Made by a program: the position numbers and the translations under genes. From Eledone cirrhosa (lineage: Eukaryota): DNA of 64,000 bases. The stretch lies in assembly GCA_964016885.1 (NCBI GenBank), contig OZ024764.1, positions 5,394,001 through 5,458,000 of the forward strand, written 5' to 3'. Positions 12,849-26,165 of this stretch are shown here, one piece after another; the stretch's first letter is position 1, and every line of letters starts with the position of its first letter. A model generated the notes under the pieces. That model had not been told where the DNA came from. It ran no database searches and was given only the letters and a program-made list of their open reading frames with translations.

Positions 12849-15800
12849 TGGCATTCATCAAGGCTCTGTGCTTAGCCCCCTCTTATTTATTATTGCCCTT
12901 CAGGCTATAACAGAGGAGTTCAAGATCGACTGCCCATGGGAACTCCTATACACAGATGATCTAACGCTCATAGCTGAATCAATGGCTGAACTAGAGAAGA
13001 AATTCCAAACATGGAAGCATGGCCTAGAATCAAAAGGCCTTAAAGTTAACTTGTCTGAGACTAAAGTTCTAGTTTGTAGAAAGCAAAATAGGGCACATGT
13101 GCCCTCAGGGAAATGGCCATGCCCAGTGTGTAGGGAAGGAGTAGGCAGAAATTCCATTTTATGTCCCAAATGCAAAGTGTGGGTACATAAAAGATGTAGT
13201 GGGATCACAGGTAAACTATCTAAGAACGTAGACTTTATATGTGGCCAATGCTCAGGTGCAATAAGTAGCAAGTGTCCAAAGGATACTAGTTCCTTCTATT
13301 GCCCAGATGGTTCTACAGAACACCCTCCACCACTGCTGATTTCGTCACCCAGGTAACGGAAAGTGTCTACTATTTCTAAATAGTAGATACTTTCCGTTAC
13401 CTGGGTGACTAAATCAGCAGTGGTGGAGGGTGTTCTGAAAGTACAGTATCCAGAGTCAGAACGGGATGGAAAAAGTTCAGAGAGCTTATACTGCTGTTGG
13501 CCACAAAAGGTTTCTCTCTAAAAATGAAAGGCAGATTGTATGATGCCTGTATACAAACAGCAATGCTACATGGCAGTGAGACATGGGCATTACGTGCAGA
13601 GGACCTGCGTAGACTGGAAAGGAACGAAGCATGCATGCTCTGTTGGATGTTTAATAGTAATATACGTGAACGTCAAAGCATAAATGAACTAAGTGAGAAA
13701 TTAGGAATAAGAGAGATCAGATGCTGTTTACTTGAGAGAAGACTACGTTGATATGGTCATGTGATGCGCATGAAAGATGACAGCTACATAAAAAAGTGCA
13801 GGGCGATCTAATTTGATGGTAGTTACGGAGTAGGTAGACCCAGAAAAACCTGGGATGATCTGATAAATTCCGACCTTACACACTTACATCTCTCTAAGAC
13901 AATGTCTCTGGACCGAGATCTTTGGCGCTACGCAGTAATACAGAAGACCCGCCTTGCCTATGTACAAAGCGAAACCTACAGTCAGTAGGCACCTCTTAAC
14001 CAAATATACACCCCAATCCACTACCCCTACCCTATCCTCCCACTCCCACCAACACCACCCCCTCTCTATAAAGTTGGTACCACAACATCCAGTCCAAATA
14101 AATGAGATAAATGAGATCGAGATTGTGTAGGTTTCACGAGAAAAAAACACACAGTCCACGCTGTAATGTTGCCGTGGAGGTAACACGGTAAAAAGTTTCC
14201 AGTTCCACACTGTAAATGTGGTTGGTGTTAGGAAGGGCATCCATGAGTCATTATGATAGATTACTAAATGAGGAGAATGCATGGGAAGAAGAGACCCTAC
14301 CCCAAGTAGACCCCATAGAGGGACCAGCAGTACAAGTCAGCAGCAGCATAGTAAGTAAGGCAATCAAAGATATGAAGATGGGGAGGCAACCGGTCCATCG
14401 GGTATAGCTGCTGAGATGCTGAAGGCACAGCTGATTAGGGACCGGGTGAAAATAGACGAGATGCAATTTGGGTTTGTACCAGGAAGAGGCACCACCGATG
14501 CCCTCTTCCTTGTGAGGCAATTACAGGAAAAGTACCTAGCTAAAAGTAAGGCACTCTACTTGGCATTTGTCGACCTTGAGAAAGCCTTTGACAGAGTTCC
14601 ACGTGCTGTAATCTGGTGGGCACTTAGAAAACTAGGAGTAGATGAATGGCTTGTGAAAGCGGTACAAGCCATGTATAGGGGAGCAGTCAGCAAAGTTAGG
14701 ATTAGCAATGAGTATAGCGAGAAATTTAGCGTACAGGTTGGGGTCCACCAGGGCTCTGTTCTTAGCCCTCTCCTGTTCATCATAGTCCTGCAGGCAATAA
14801 CGGAGGAGTTTAAGACCGGATGCCCATGGGAACTCCTGTATGCTGATGACCTCGCACTTATAGCTGAATCTATGGTAGAATTAGAGAAGAAATTCCAAAC
14901 TTGGAAGCAGGGACTAGAAAGAAAGGGTCTCAAAGTCAACATGACAAAGACTAAGGTCCATGTAAGTAGACGAGAAAACAGAACCCAGATCCCCTCAGGG
15001 AAATGGCCTTGCTCAGTATGTAGGAAAGGTGTAGGTAGGAACTCTATTCTCTGCCCCAAATGCAAACAATGGGTACACAAGAGATGTAGCGGGATCTCAG
15101 GAAGCTTAATTAAGAATGTAGGATTCACATGCAGCAGCTGTACTGAGACAGCAGGCAGCAAACAGCCACAGGAAACAAGTACCACCAATCTCTGGGAGGG
15201 CCCTGTAGAAACAGTAGACAGCTTCTGCTACCTAGGTGACCGAATTAGCAACGGGAGTGGGTGTTCAGAAAGTACAATAACTAGGGTAAGAACGGGATGG
15301 AAGAAGTTTAGGGAACTACTACCACTGCTAGCTGCAAAAGGCTTCTCCCTCAGAATGAAAGGCAGACTGTATGATGCTTGTATCTAAACAGCGATGTTGC
15401 ATGGTAGTGAGACCTGGGCGCTGAAGGTGGAAGACTTACGTAGATTAGAGAGAAACGAAGCCTGCATGCTCCGATGGATGTGTAACAGTAATATACGCAA
15501 ACGACAAAGCATAAATGAATTGAGAGAGACTGAGCATAAGAGGAATCAAATGCTGTGTGCAGGAGAGGCGGTTGCGCTGGTATGGACATGTGATGCGTAT
15601 GAAGGATTACAGCTGCATAAAAAGGTGCAGAGCACTAGAAGTTGATGGAAACCGCGGAGTGGGGAGCCCCAAGATGACCTGGGATGAGGTGATAAAAGCC
15701 GACCTTACCCAATTACACCTCTCAAAGACAATGACACACGACCGTGACTTCTGGCGTCACGCAGTAATACAGATGACCCGACCTCCCATGGGTACAAGCT

Positions 15801-16273
15801 GAAGCATATAGACAATATGCCCCCACACCGCAAGGTGGTCGTGGAGGTGCCACAGCAAAAAAGCACCCAGCCCACACTGTAAAGTGGACGTGTAGGCGCC
15901 ACGAAAAAGCACCCAGCACTCACTGTAAATGAGGTTGGTGTTAGGAAGGGCATCCAGCTGTAGAAATCAAGCCAGATCAGTTCCTGTATGAGCAAGGCAT
16001 GGTCAGCCGACCAGACACTGCCCACAACAGGACAACCCGTCTAACCCATGCTAGCGTGGAAGAACGGACATAAAACGGTGATGATGATGATCCAGCCGTA
16101 GAAAACCTGCCAGATAGTCCTATATGAGCGAGACACGGTCACCCGACCAACCTTGCCTCAAGTGGGACAACTCCCGTTTAACCCATGCTAGCGTGGAAAG
16201 TGGACGTTAAACGAGGATGATGATGATGATATGTATATTATTATTGTTATTATTATTATTATTGTTATTAATG

Positions 16274-16321
<48 letters not shown>

Positions 16322-19300
16322 TTTTTTCTCGTGCATTGGCTATACTCGATAATGAGGGGGCAGCCATCATGTATGTATGTATGTATGTTGTCAGGTCACC
16401 AGTTGGTGCTACTGGTAACATGATTCCCAGTACAACCTGTCTCATGGTCGGGTCGTTGGCGACTAAACTGGCAACCCCACCAAGGTTTCTTGGTGAGGAG
16501 GGTGACTTTGGACATCCTGCAGGACTAAAAACAAAATCTGTCAAAGATTTAAAAACCTATTAGTTGATGCTTTTGATCGTAAGGAAGAGCAATTAGAGAC
16601 ATACAATATAGAAGAACAGTGGGAACTCCTGAAAGTTAATCTGTTGAAGGTGAATGATGAAATCTGTGGCTGGAGCAGGCCGTTAGGCAGGAGGAGAGTG
16701 ACATGGTGGTGGAACAATAAGGTGGTGGAGTCCATCAAGGCCAAAAAGCAGGCTTGGAAAAAATGGCAGGATGGCGGTAGTACTATCGGGTAGCAAGGAG
16801 AGAAGCTAGACAACAAGTATACTTTACAAAGAGGGAAGCAGAGGATAGAAAGTTCAAGCATGTTCTACAATGCAAGTACCAAAGACGTGAGGTGTTCAGG
16901 ATTGTGAGACAATGTGTCAAGGAGACATGTGTCCGTAATGACGATGGCATACTTGCCCTCACTGATACTGATAAGAAGGTAGCTTGGAAGTGTCACTACG
17001 AAATACTACTGAATGAGGAGAATGAATGGAATAAAGATAGTCTGCCCCACATTGATCCAACAGAAGGACCAGCTGTGCAAGTTAACGGAAGGTATAATAA
17101 GTAAGGCAATCAGAGATATGAAGACAGGCAAGGCAGCTGGGCCTTTGGGGATAGTTGCTGAAATGTTGAAGGTATCTGGAATGGTGGGACATACTATGGT
17201 CACCCGGATAGTAAACCAAGAAATACAGAATGTGGTCATACCAAATGACTGGCGTAGCAGCATCATCATCAACTGTTACAAGGGCAAAGGAGACGCCCTG
17301 GATAGAGGCAACTATAGAGACATTAAGTTAGTTGACCAGGTCATGAAGGTCACTGAAAGAGTTATTGCACAAATAATTAGATACCAAATTGATCTAGATG
17401 AAATGCAGTTTGGGTTTGTGCCAGGTAAAAGTACCATGGATGCTCTCTTCCTTGTACGGTAACTACAGAAGTACCTAGCAAAAAGTAAACCCCTCTACTT
17501 AGCTTTTGTTGACTTGGAGAAAGCCTTTGACATAGTCCCCTGCTCCATTATCTGGTGGGTCCTTAGAAAACTAGGAGTAGATGAATGACTAGTGAAAGCT
17601 ATACAAGTCATGTATAAAGAAACAGTCAGCAAGGTTAGAATTAACAATGAACATAGGGAAGAATTTAGCGTAATAGTTGGTGTTCACCAAGGCTCCGTCC
17701 TTAGCCTCCTCCTCTTTATTATTGTCCTACAGGCTATAACTTCTATGTGCAGATGATCTAACTCTCATAGCTGAATCTATGGCTGAACTAGAGAAGTTCC
17801 AAACATGAAAGCATGGCCTAGAATCAAAAGGCCTTAGAGATAACTTGTTTAGGACTAAAGTTCTAGTATGTAGAAAGGAGAATAGGGCACAGGTGCCCTC
17901 TGCAAAATGGCCATGCTCAGTGTGTAAGAAGGGAGTAGGTAGAAATTCCATTTTATGCGCCAAATGCAAACTATGGGTACATAAAAGATGTAGTGGGATC
18001 ACAGGTAAGCTATCTAAGAATGTAGATTTTATATGTGGCCGATGCTCAGGTGCAGTAATTAGCAAGGGCCCACTGGATGCTATCTCCTACAACTGCCCAG
18101 ATGGTTGTATAGAAATGGTAGTCACTTTCCGTTACCTGGGTGACAAAATTAACAGTGGTGGAGGGTGCTCTGAAAGTACAGTAGCCAGAGTTAGAACCGG
18201 ATGGAAAAAGTTCAGAGAGCTAATACCGCTGTTGGCCACAAGGGGTTTTTCTTTAAAAAAGAAAGGCAGATTGTATAATGCATGTATACGAACAGCGATA
18301 TTACATGGTAGTGAGACATGGGTGTTGTGTACTGAAGACCTGCATAGATTAGAAAGAAATGATGCTTGCATGTTCCAATGTGCGCAAAAGGTGGAGCATA
18401 AACGAATTGAGAGAGAGACTAAGCATAAGAGGTATCAAATGTGTGTGCAGCAGAGGAGATTGCGTTGGTGTGGCATGTGATGCATATGAAGGACGATAGC
18501 TGTATAAAAAGGTGCAGGGCAATGAAAATTGATGGAAGCTACGGAGTGGGTAGACCAAGAAAAACCTGGGACGAGGTGACAAAAACTGACCTTGCTCACC
18601 TACACCAAGACAATGTCAATGAATCAAGATCTTTGGCGCCATGCAGTAATACAGAAGACCCACTTTCCCTTGTATACGAACTTAAACCTACAGTCAGTAG
18701 GCACCTCTTAACCCAATATACACCCCAAACCACACATCCTACCCCATCCTCCCATTTCCGTCCTCTGTAATGTGGTTGTGTCGGTGACACAGCAAAAGGC
18801 ACCCAGTCCACGCTGTAAAGTAGTCATGTAGGTGTCACGGTAAAAGGCTCCCAGTCCACACTGTAATGTGGTTGTGTCGGTGACACAGCAAAAGGCACCC
18901 AGTCCACGCTGTTAAGTGGTCATGTAGGTGACACAGCAAAAGGCACCCAGTCCACACTGTAAATGTGGTTGGTGTTAGGAAGGGCATCCAGCTGTAGAAA
19001 ACTTGCCACGGTCTCCTGACCAATCTTGCCTCAAGTGGGACAAAACCATCCAACCCATGCTAGTGTGGAAGATGGACATTAAACGATGATGATGATGTAT
19101 CATCATCATCATCATCATCAATTAACGTCCATCTTCCACACTAGCATGGGTTATATATACATGGCAGCTAAACATTTTGCAACATATTTTTCCATCTTTA
19201 AGTGTCTTCACCCTATTTCATAGAGACTCCGACCATAAACACATCACTATTTACATTAATTCTCTTCTATATTTTAAAACAGAGCCTTGCTGATGGCGGT

Positions 19301-22300
19301 AATAATCTTCATTACTATTATTACATCTATACTGATCAGCATATCTGGAAAGAGGAGTGATGAACATAATTTCGAAAATAATGCAACAAACTTAGGTAAA
19401 ATCTTTTTTCTTCGAAATAAATTTTTTATATTCATTCTTCTTATTTTTCATCATGAGAGTTCCGTCATTTTCTTTTCATCCAAATATTTTCACTCAATGT
19501 AGTTGCTAATTCATTGTTTTCTAATTTATAAAGGTGATGCACTATATAGAGGAAACTATAGAGGTATAAAGCTGATGGACCAGGTCATGAAAGTAACAGA
19601 AAGAGTTATAGCACAGTTGATTAGGGACCGGGTGAAACTAGATGAGATGCAATTTGGGTTTGTGCCAGGAAGAGGCACAACTGATGCCCTCTTCCTTGTG
19701 AGGCAGTTACAGGAAAAGTACCTAGCTAAAAGTACCTGGCATTCGTCGATCTAGAGAAAGCCTTTGACAGAGTTCCCCGTGCTATAATCTGGTGGGCTCT
19801 TAGAAAACTAGGAGTAGATGAATGGCTTGTGAAAGCTGTACAAGCCATGTATAGGGGAGCAGTCAACAAAGTTAGGATTAGCAATTACTATAGCGAGGAA
19901 TTTAGTGTACAGGTCGGTGTCCACCAGGGCTCTGTTCTTAGCCCACTTCTGTTCATCATAGTCCTGCAGGCAATAACGGAGGAGTTTAAGACCGGATGCA
20001 CATGGGAACTCCTGTATACAGATGACCTCGCACTTATAGCTGAATCTATGGTAGAATTAGAGAAGAAATTCCAAACTTGGAAGCAGGGACTAGAAAGAAA
20101 AGGTATCAAAGTCAACATGACAAAGACTAAGGTCCTTGTAAGTAGACGAGAAAACAGAACCCAGATCCCCTCAGGGAAATGGCCTTGCTCAGTATGTAGG
20201 AAAGGTGTAGGTAGGAACTCCATTCTCTGCCGCAAATGTAAACAATGGGTACACAAGAGATGTAGCAGGATCTCAGGAAGCTTAATTAAGAATGTAGGCT
20301 TCACATGTAGCAGCTGTGCTGGGACAGCAAGCAGCAAACAGCCATAGGAAACAAGTACCACCAATCTCTGGGAGGGCTCTGTAGAAACAGTAGACAGCTT
20401 CTGCTACCTAGGTGACCGAATTAGCAGCGGAGGTGGGTGTTTGGAAAATACAATAACTAGGGTAAGAACGGGATGGAAGAAGTTTAGGGAGCTACTGCCA
20501 CTGCTAGCTGCAAAAGGCTTCTCCCTCAAAATGAAAGGCAGACTGTATGATGCGTGTATACAAACAGCAATGTTACATGGTAGTGAGACCTGGGCACTGT
20601 CTGTAGAAGACTTACGTAGATTAGGAAGAAACAAAGCTGGCATGCTCCGATGGATGTGCAATAGTAATATACGCGAATGGCAAAGTATAAACGAACTGAG
20701 AGAGAGACTGAGCATAAGAGGAATCAAATGTTGTGTGCAGGAGAGAAGGTTGTGTTGGTATGGACATGTGATGCGTATGAAGCATGACAGCTGCATAAAA
20801 GGGTGCAGAGCACTAGAAGTTGATGGAAACCGCGGAGTGGGGAGACCCAAGAAGACCTGGGATGAGGTGATAAAAGCCGATCTTACCCAATTACACCTCT
20901 CAAAGGCGATGATGACACACGAACATGACCTCTGGCGTCACGCAGTAATACAGAGTACCCGACCTCCCATGGGTACAAGCTGAAGCATGTAGACAATATG
21001 CCCCCACACCCTCCCACGGCAAAAAAGCACCCAGCACTCACTGTAAAGTAGACATGTAGGCGCCACGGAAAAAAAGCACCCAGCACTCACTGTAAATGAG
21101 GTTGGTGTTAGGAAGGGCATCCAGCTGTAAAAATCAAGCCAGAATCAGTTCCCGTATGAGCAAGACAAGGTCAGCCGATCGGACACTGCCCACAACAGGA
21201 CAACCCGTCTAACCCATGCTAGCGTGGAAGAACGGATGTAAAACGATGATGATGATATATATATATATAATTAGAATGTTGCGTTAAAAACTCACAATAT
21301 TCCCTTATAATCAAATAAACTCAAGGAAGAAATTCTGAGCTCTTTATAACATAGTAATATACACACATATATATAAAACCACCAGAGTAATGAATATATT
21401 AACTACAGATAGAATGGTTTATACAAATTAATTAAAAGAATAAATCAAAGTATACAAACCGACTATAATAACTATTCACATCCAGACATGTTCAGACCTG
21501 GGCAGAGGTTGTGAGAACTGACCTCAAATCACTATGTTTCACAGAGGTGATGACAAAGGATCGCGACATGTTGAAAGATTTCTTCTGAACCGGTTCAGAC
21601 AGTCGGATAACATGGCCCAGGTCTTGCTAGTGTGGAGCAACACACTTCTCACACAGGAGTTGTAAATCTGCCCCTTGGTGACTTATGGCAGCCAGCGTGT
21701 CTCGGAGATTGGGTAAAGCTGCCTAACCTTGTTCCATGTGGAGTTGCACCACACAATGGCAGCGAACTCAGCTCTACCTCCAGCCAACAACATGGGTTTG
21801 GTTTGATATTCCTAGAACATTACAAAATATGGCAGACTCTGATCAGAGATTAACAGGTCTACAAGAGCTTGCCCACAAACATGTCTACACTCGACTACAC
21901 TGGATGATCAAGAAAGAGACCGACGCTCTCAAAGAAGCAGGCCATATCACTAATACCCTTCCCTTCATGTGACATCACAGCCACAATATTTCTGGCAAGG
22001 CCCCCATAACTCCACAATAGTTATATTATTATAGGCAATGTTCATTCACTGTATTGAAAATTGATGTTTTAAATCTATAAGAATTACACCTTAAAGAAGA
22101 TGTTTTGCATTAATTTGCCTTCAATGAACACAACCGTGTTTAGGAGTATTTGATGTCATCAGAGTCCAACATACACTGGGTATTTTGACTCTTAACTGTA
22201 ACACCTTCTCACTGGTGGCCAAATCACTGCTTATCTCTCCTGCTACATATTCAACAAGATTATCAATAGATATTTTTGTTCTTACTCTAACCCATCATTT

Positions 22301-25300
22301 CTGTGAATATTTTCAGACAACCAAAACATGGCTTGTGAGGATTTCTGGAAATATAGTTTTGATATCACATCATTGAAGAAGGATGTAAAAGCTGATATGC
22401 AACATTCCACTAATGCAGTGGTTATGGGTATCTATTAAACTTATAATATCTTCAACAAGTTGCAATCAACCTATTGGTAGTCAGACAGAATGCTTTGCAG
22501 CATAAAGTAACGGCCCTTTACATTCTGAGTTCAAATCCTACTGTGGTTAGCTCTGCCTTTCATCCTTACGGGGTTGATAAAATAAAATACCAGTCATGCA
22601 TTGGGCTCGATTTAATCGGACCCCTCCCCCTCACCAAAATTGCTGACCTAAATCAAAAACCATTACTACTACTACTATGTTGTCCTTAGGGCATACTCCT
22701 TGTCGTGGCCACAAGAGTGTCAGTTGCAAAGCTTGGCTAGATATGATGAGGAAGGATAAAAGTAACTGGGTGATGAGATTAAAGCTAGTGGTGGATGTTG
22801 TGAAGAGAAATGGAATGATATGGTTGGGTCATGTGTTGAGGAAAGATAAAAGTGACTGGTTGAGAGAAATAGAACTAGTGATGGATGTTGAGATGAGAAA
22901 TTGAATGAGATGGTTGGATGATGATTTGAAGAATGATGAAAGTGACTGGGTGAGAGGAGTAGAGCCAGGGATGAATGTTGGTGCCAAGCTCTATCAGCCA
23001 TTGCATTTCCCTTGGACAACATTATATACAGTGTATATATATTGTGTATATATAGAGTCTATATGAATTACAACATCACTAGAGCCAAGCTGAATTGGCC
23101 ATTGCCTTTCCCTTGGACATCATCAGTGGCATATAGAAGGGAGACTGGTATGCATGGGTGACTGCTGTCTTCCATAAAAACACATTGTGCCTTGGAGGGC
23201 AACTTTCTAGGTGGAAATCCATGGTCATTCATGACTGAAGGAAGCAACAAATCTGGATGTGAGCTCTTAATTGCACAAGGTAAACACTCAGAGTTATAAA
23301 TAATATAGGGGATATTTCTTAGCCCTTTAGCATTTAAACCGGCCATATCAGACCAGAATTCTCTCACCTCTTTCTGTTCAAACCGGCTGTAACCGGCCAC
23401 TTAAACTAATGTTAAGGTACTGTGCTCAAAATAAATAATATCAAAGACTCATAGATTCCATATTATGTGAGATATTATGTAAGGTAAAGCTTTTACTGTG
23501 AAAATACAATACTTTATATAGAGTAATGTAAATGTTATGTGAGATATTATGTGAGGTAAAGTCTTTACCATGAAAATACAATAGTGTATATAGAGTAATG
23601 TAAATGTTATGTGAGATATTATGTGAGGTAAAGCCTTTACCATGAAAATACAATAGTGTATATAGAGTAATGTAAATGTTATGTGAGGTAAAGCCTTTAC
23701 TGTGAAAATACAATAGTATATATAGAGTAATGTAAATGTTATGAGATATTATGTAAGGTAAAGCTTTTACTGTGAAAATACAATACTTTATATAAAGTAA
23801 TGTAAATGTTATGTGAGATATTATATGAGGTAAAGCCTTTACCATGAAAATACAATAGTGTATATAGAGTAATGTAAATGCTAAAGGGTTAAGTTATCCA
23901 TTCTAGATGGTAGCACTGTTGTAATCTTACAGAAAGTTTTATAATTTTGTTTTATCTAACAGGTTTACTGGAAGAGCCACATTCAATATTTGATATACAG
24001 CCTGTTATAATAGCCAAGAGGTTGTACACTTCTTGCAAAAATAGAGGTTTGTATATTTTACTTTCTTGTTCAGAAACAAAAGGTCTTACATACAACAACT
24101 GTCTCATTCCATTTCTCTTTACAACATTAGCCACAGGTTCTATTCCTCTCAGCCAGTTATTTTTATCCTTCTTCAACACATGACCCAACCATCTCATTCC
24201 ATTTCTCTTTACAACATTAGCCACAGGTTCTATTCCTCTCAGCCAGTTATTTTTATCCTTCCTCAACACATGACCCAACCATGTCATTCCATTTCTCTTT
24301 AAAACATTCATCACAGGTTCTATTCCTCTCAGCCAGTTATTTTTATCCTTCCTCAACACATGACCCAACCATTTCATTCCATTTCTTTTACAACTTTCAT
24401 CGCTGGCTCTGTTACTCTCACCCAGTCACGTACAATCTTCCTCAACACATCGATTGTTTGTTTTTGTTTTGAACTGTTTTTGTTTCACATTTGAAAAGAG
24501 GGCTATAGCCCTGAAATATCATATTGAAATATACTGGGTACAACATTAGTTTATTTTGTTTTATTTGTCATCTTTTGCCCTTTATATATTTCTACTGCAT
24601 TGTACTGGCGTCACGCAGTAATACAGAGTACCCGACCTCCCATGGGTACAAGCTGAAGCATATAGACAATATGCCACCCCACCGCAAGGTGGTTGTGGAG
24701 GTGCCACGGCAAAAAAGCACCCAGCCCACACTGTAAAGTGGACGTGTAGGCGCCACGAAAAAGCATCCAGCACTCACTGTAAATGAGGTTGGTGTTAGGA
24801 AGGGCATCCAGCTGTAGAAATCAAGCCAAATCAGTTCCTGTATGAGCAAGGCATGGTCAGCCAACCAGACACTGCCCACAACAAGACAACCCGTCTAACC
24901 CATGCTAGCGTGGAAGAACGGACGTAAAACGGTGATGATGATGATGATGATGTACCAAGCTTTTTTTAAAACTCATCGGTTTTTTTATTACGCATTTCAC
25001 AATGCTTCAGATTAACTGTACTAATATATATATATATCAATCAAAGTAAACAAGATATCATTTAAGGTTATCTAAAATCAGGTTACAAGTAATCTGTACC
25101 GAGGGATATTTCAATGTGCAGTGCTATGTTGAGTCAAGAAGATGTTTACTTAGGTTTTTCGGAGGGTTGATTCCAGAAAGTACCGTGGTTAGTAGTTATT
25201 GGAGTATTAATAACAGGTAAAGGATGATTAACATGGATAAGCAATATAATAGGGTTTTATTCCAAGCATTAACATGTTTCATCACTTAATATGCAATTAA

Positions 25301-25465
25301 TTATGTCTTGAAATCACTATTGTCTATAGTTGATTGGTTATAGCGATTTCAAGACATAATTAATTGCATATCAAGTGATGAAACATGTTAATGCTTGGAA
25401 TAAAACCCTATTATATCGCTTGTTCGTGTTAATAATCCTTTACCTGTTATATATATATATAATAT

Positions 25466-25530
<65 letters not shown>

Positions 25531-26100
25531 TAGGAATTAGCTTCATGCATAGCTGTATACAGATATGTATTGAAATGTTGTATTTCTAAAGAAATACAGT
25601 GTGTTTATGGATAAACATTTAGAAAGCCGTGGCTATGCAAAACACTGGAGCTAATGCCCTCTGGTGGTGTCCAGCAGAAGCAAGGGGAACAATCATCGAT
25701 GCATTTCGAACTTAACTGGTTCCCATCAGGACGATCACTCCCATGCTTGCAACTGCTGGACTTGAAAACAGTCGAGAATATAGTTTTCTCGTCTGTGTAA
25801 ATGAGGTGATTAATCTCATTTGCATATAAAGCTGCATAAGTTGGCTCAACTTATAATAGAATAGAATTAGGATTTAGCTTCATGTATTGATAATGTGATA
25901 TCGAATATAAATGGATATTAGTCCATTAAAAATAAATAAGTGTGTCAATACTTATTTATTTTTGATGGTCTAATATCAATTTATATTCAATATCACAACA
26001 TCAATGTACACTCTTACGGGCGCAATATTTGAAACATTTGTTAGCCATTCAATATATACATGTATTCATAAATCTTTGTTGTGCTCTCCAGCATCTTAAT

Positions 26101-26165
<65 letters not shown>

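Noticed and set aside
14556-15188. Antisense ORFs over RTE copies (also 19888-20364 and 48169-48798)
   Set aside because: Shadow frames of the RT sequence; recurrence reflects copy identity.
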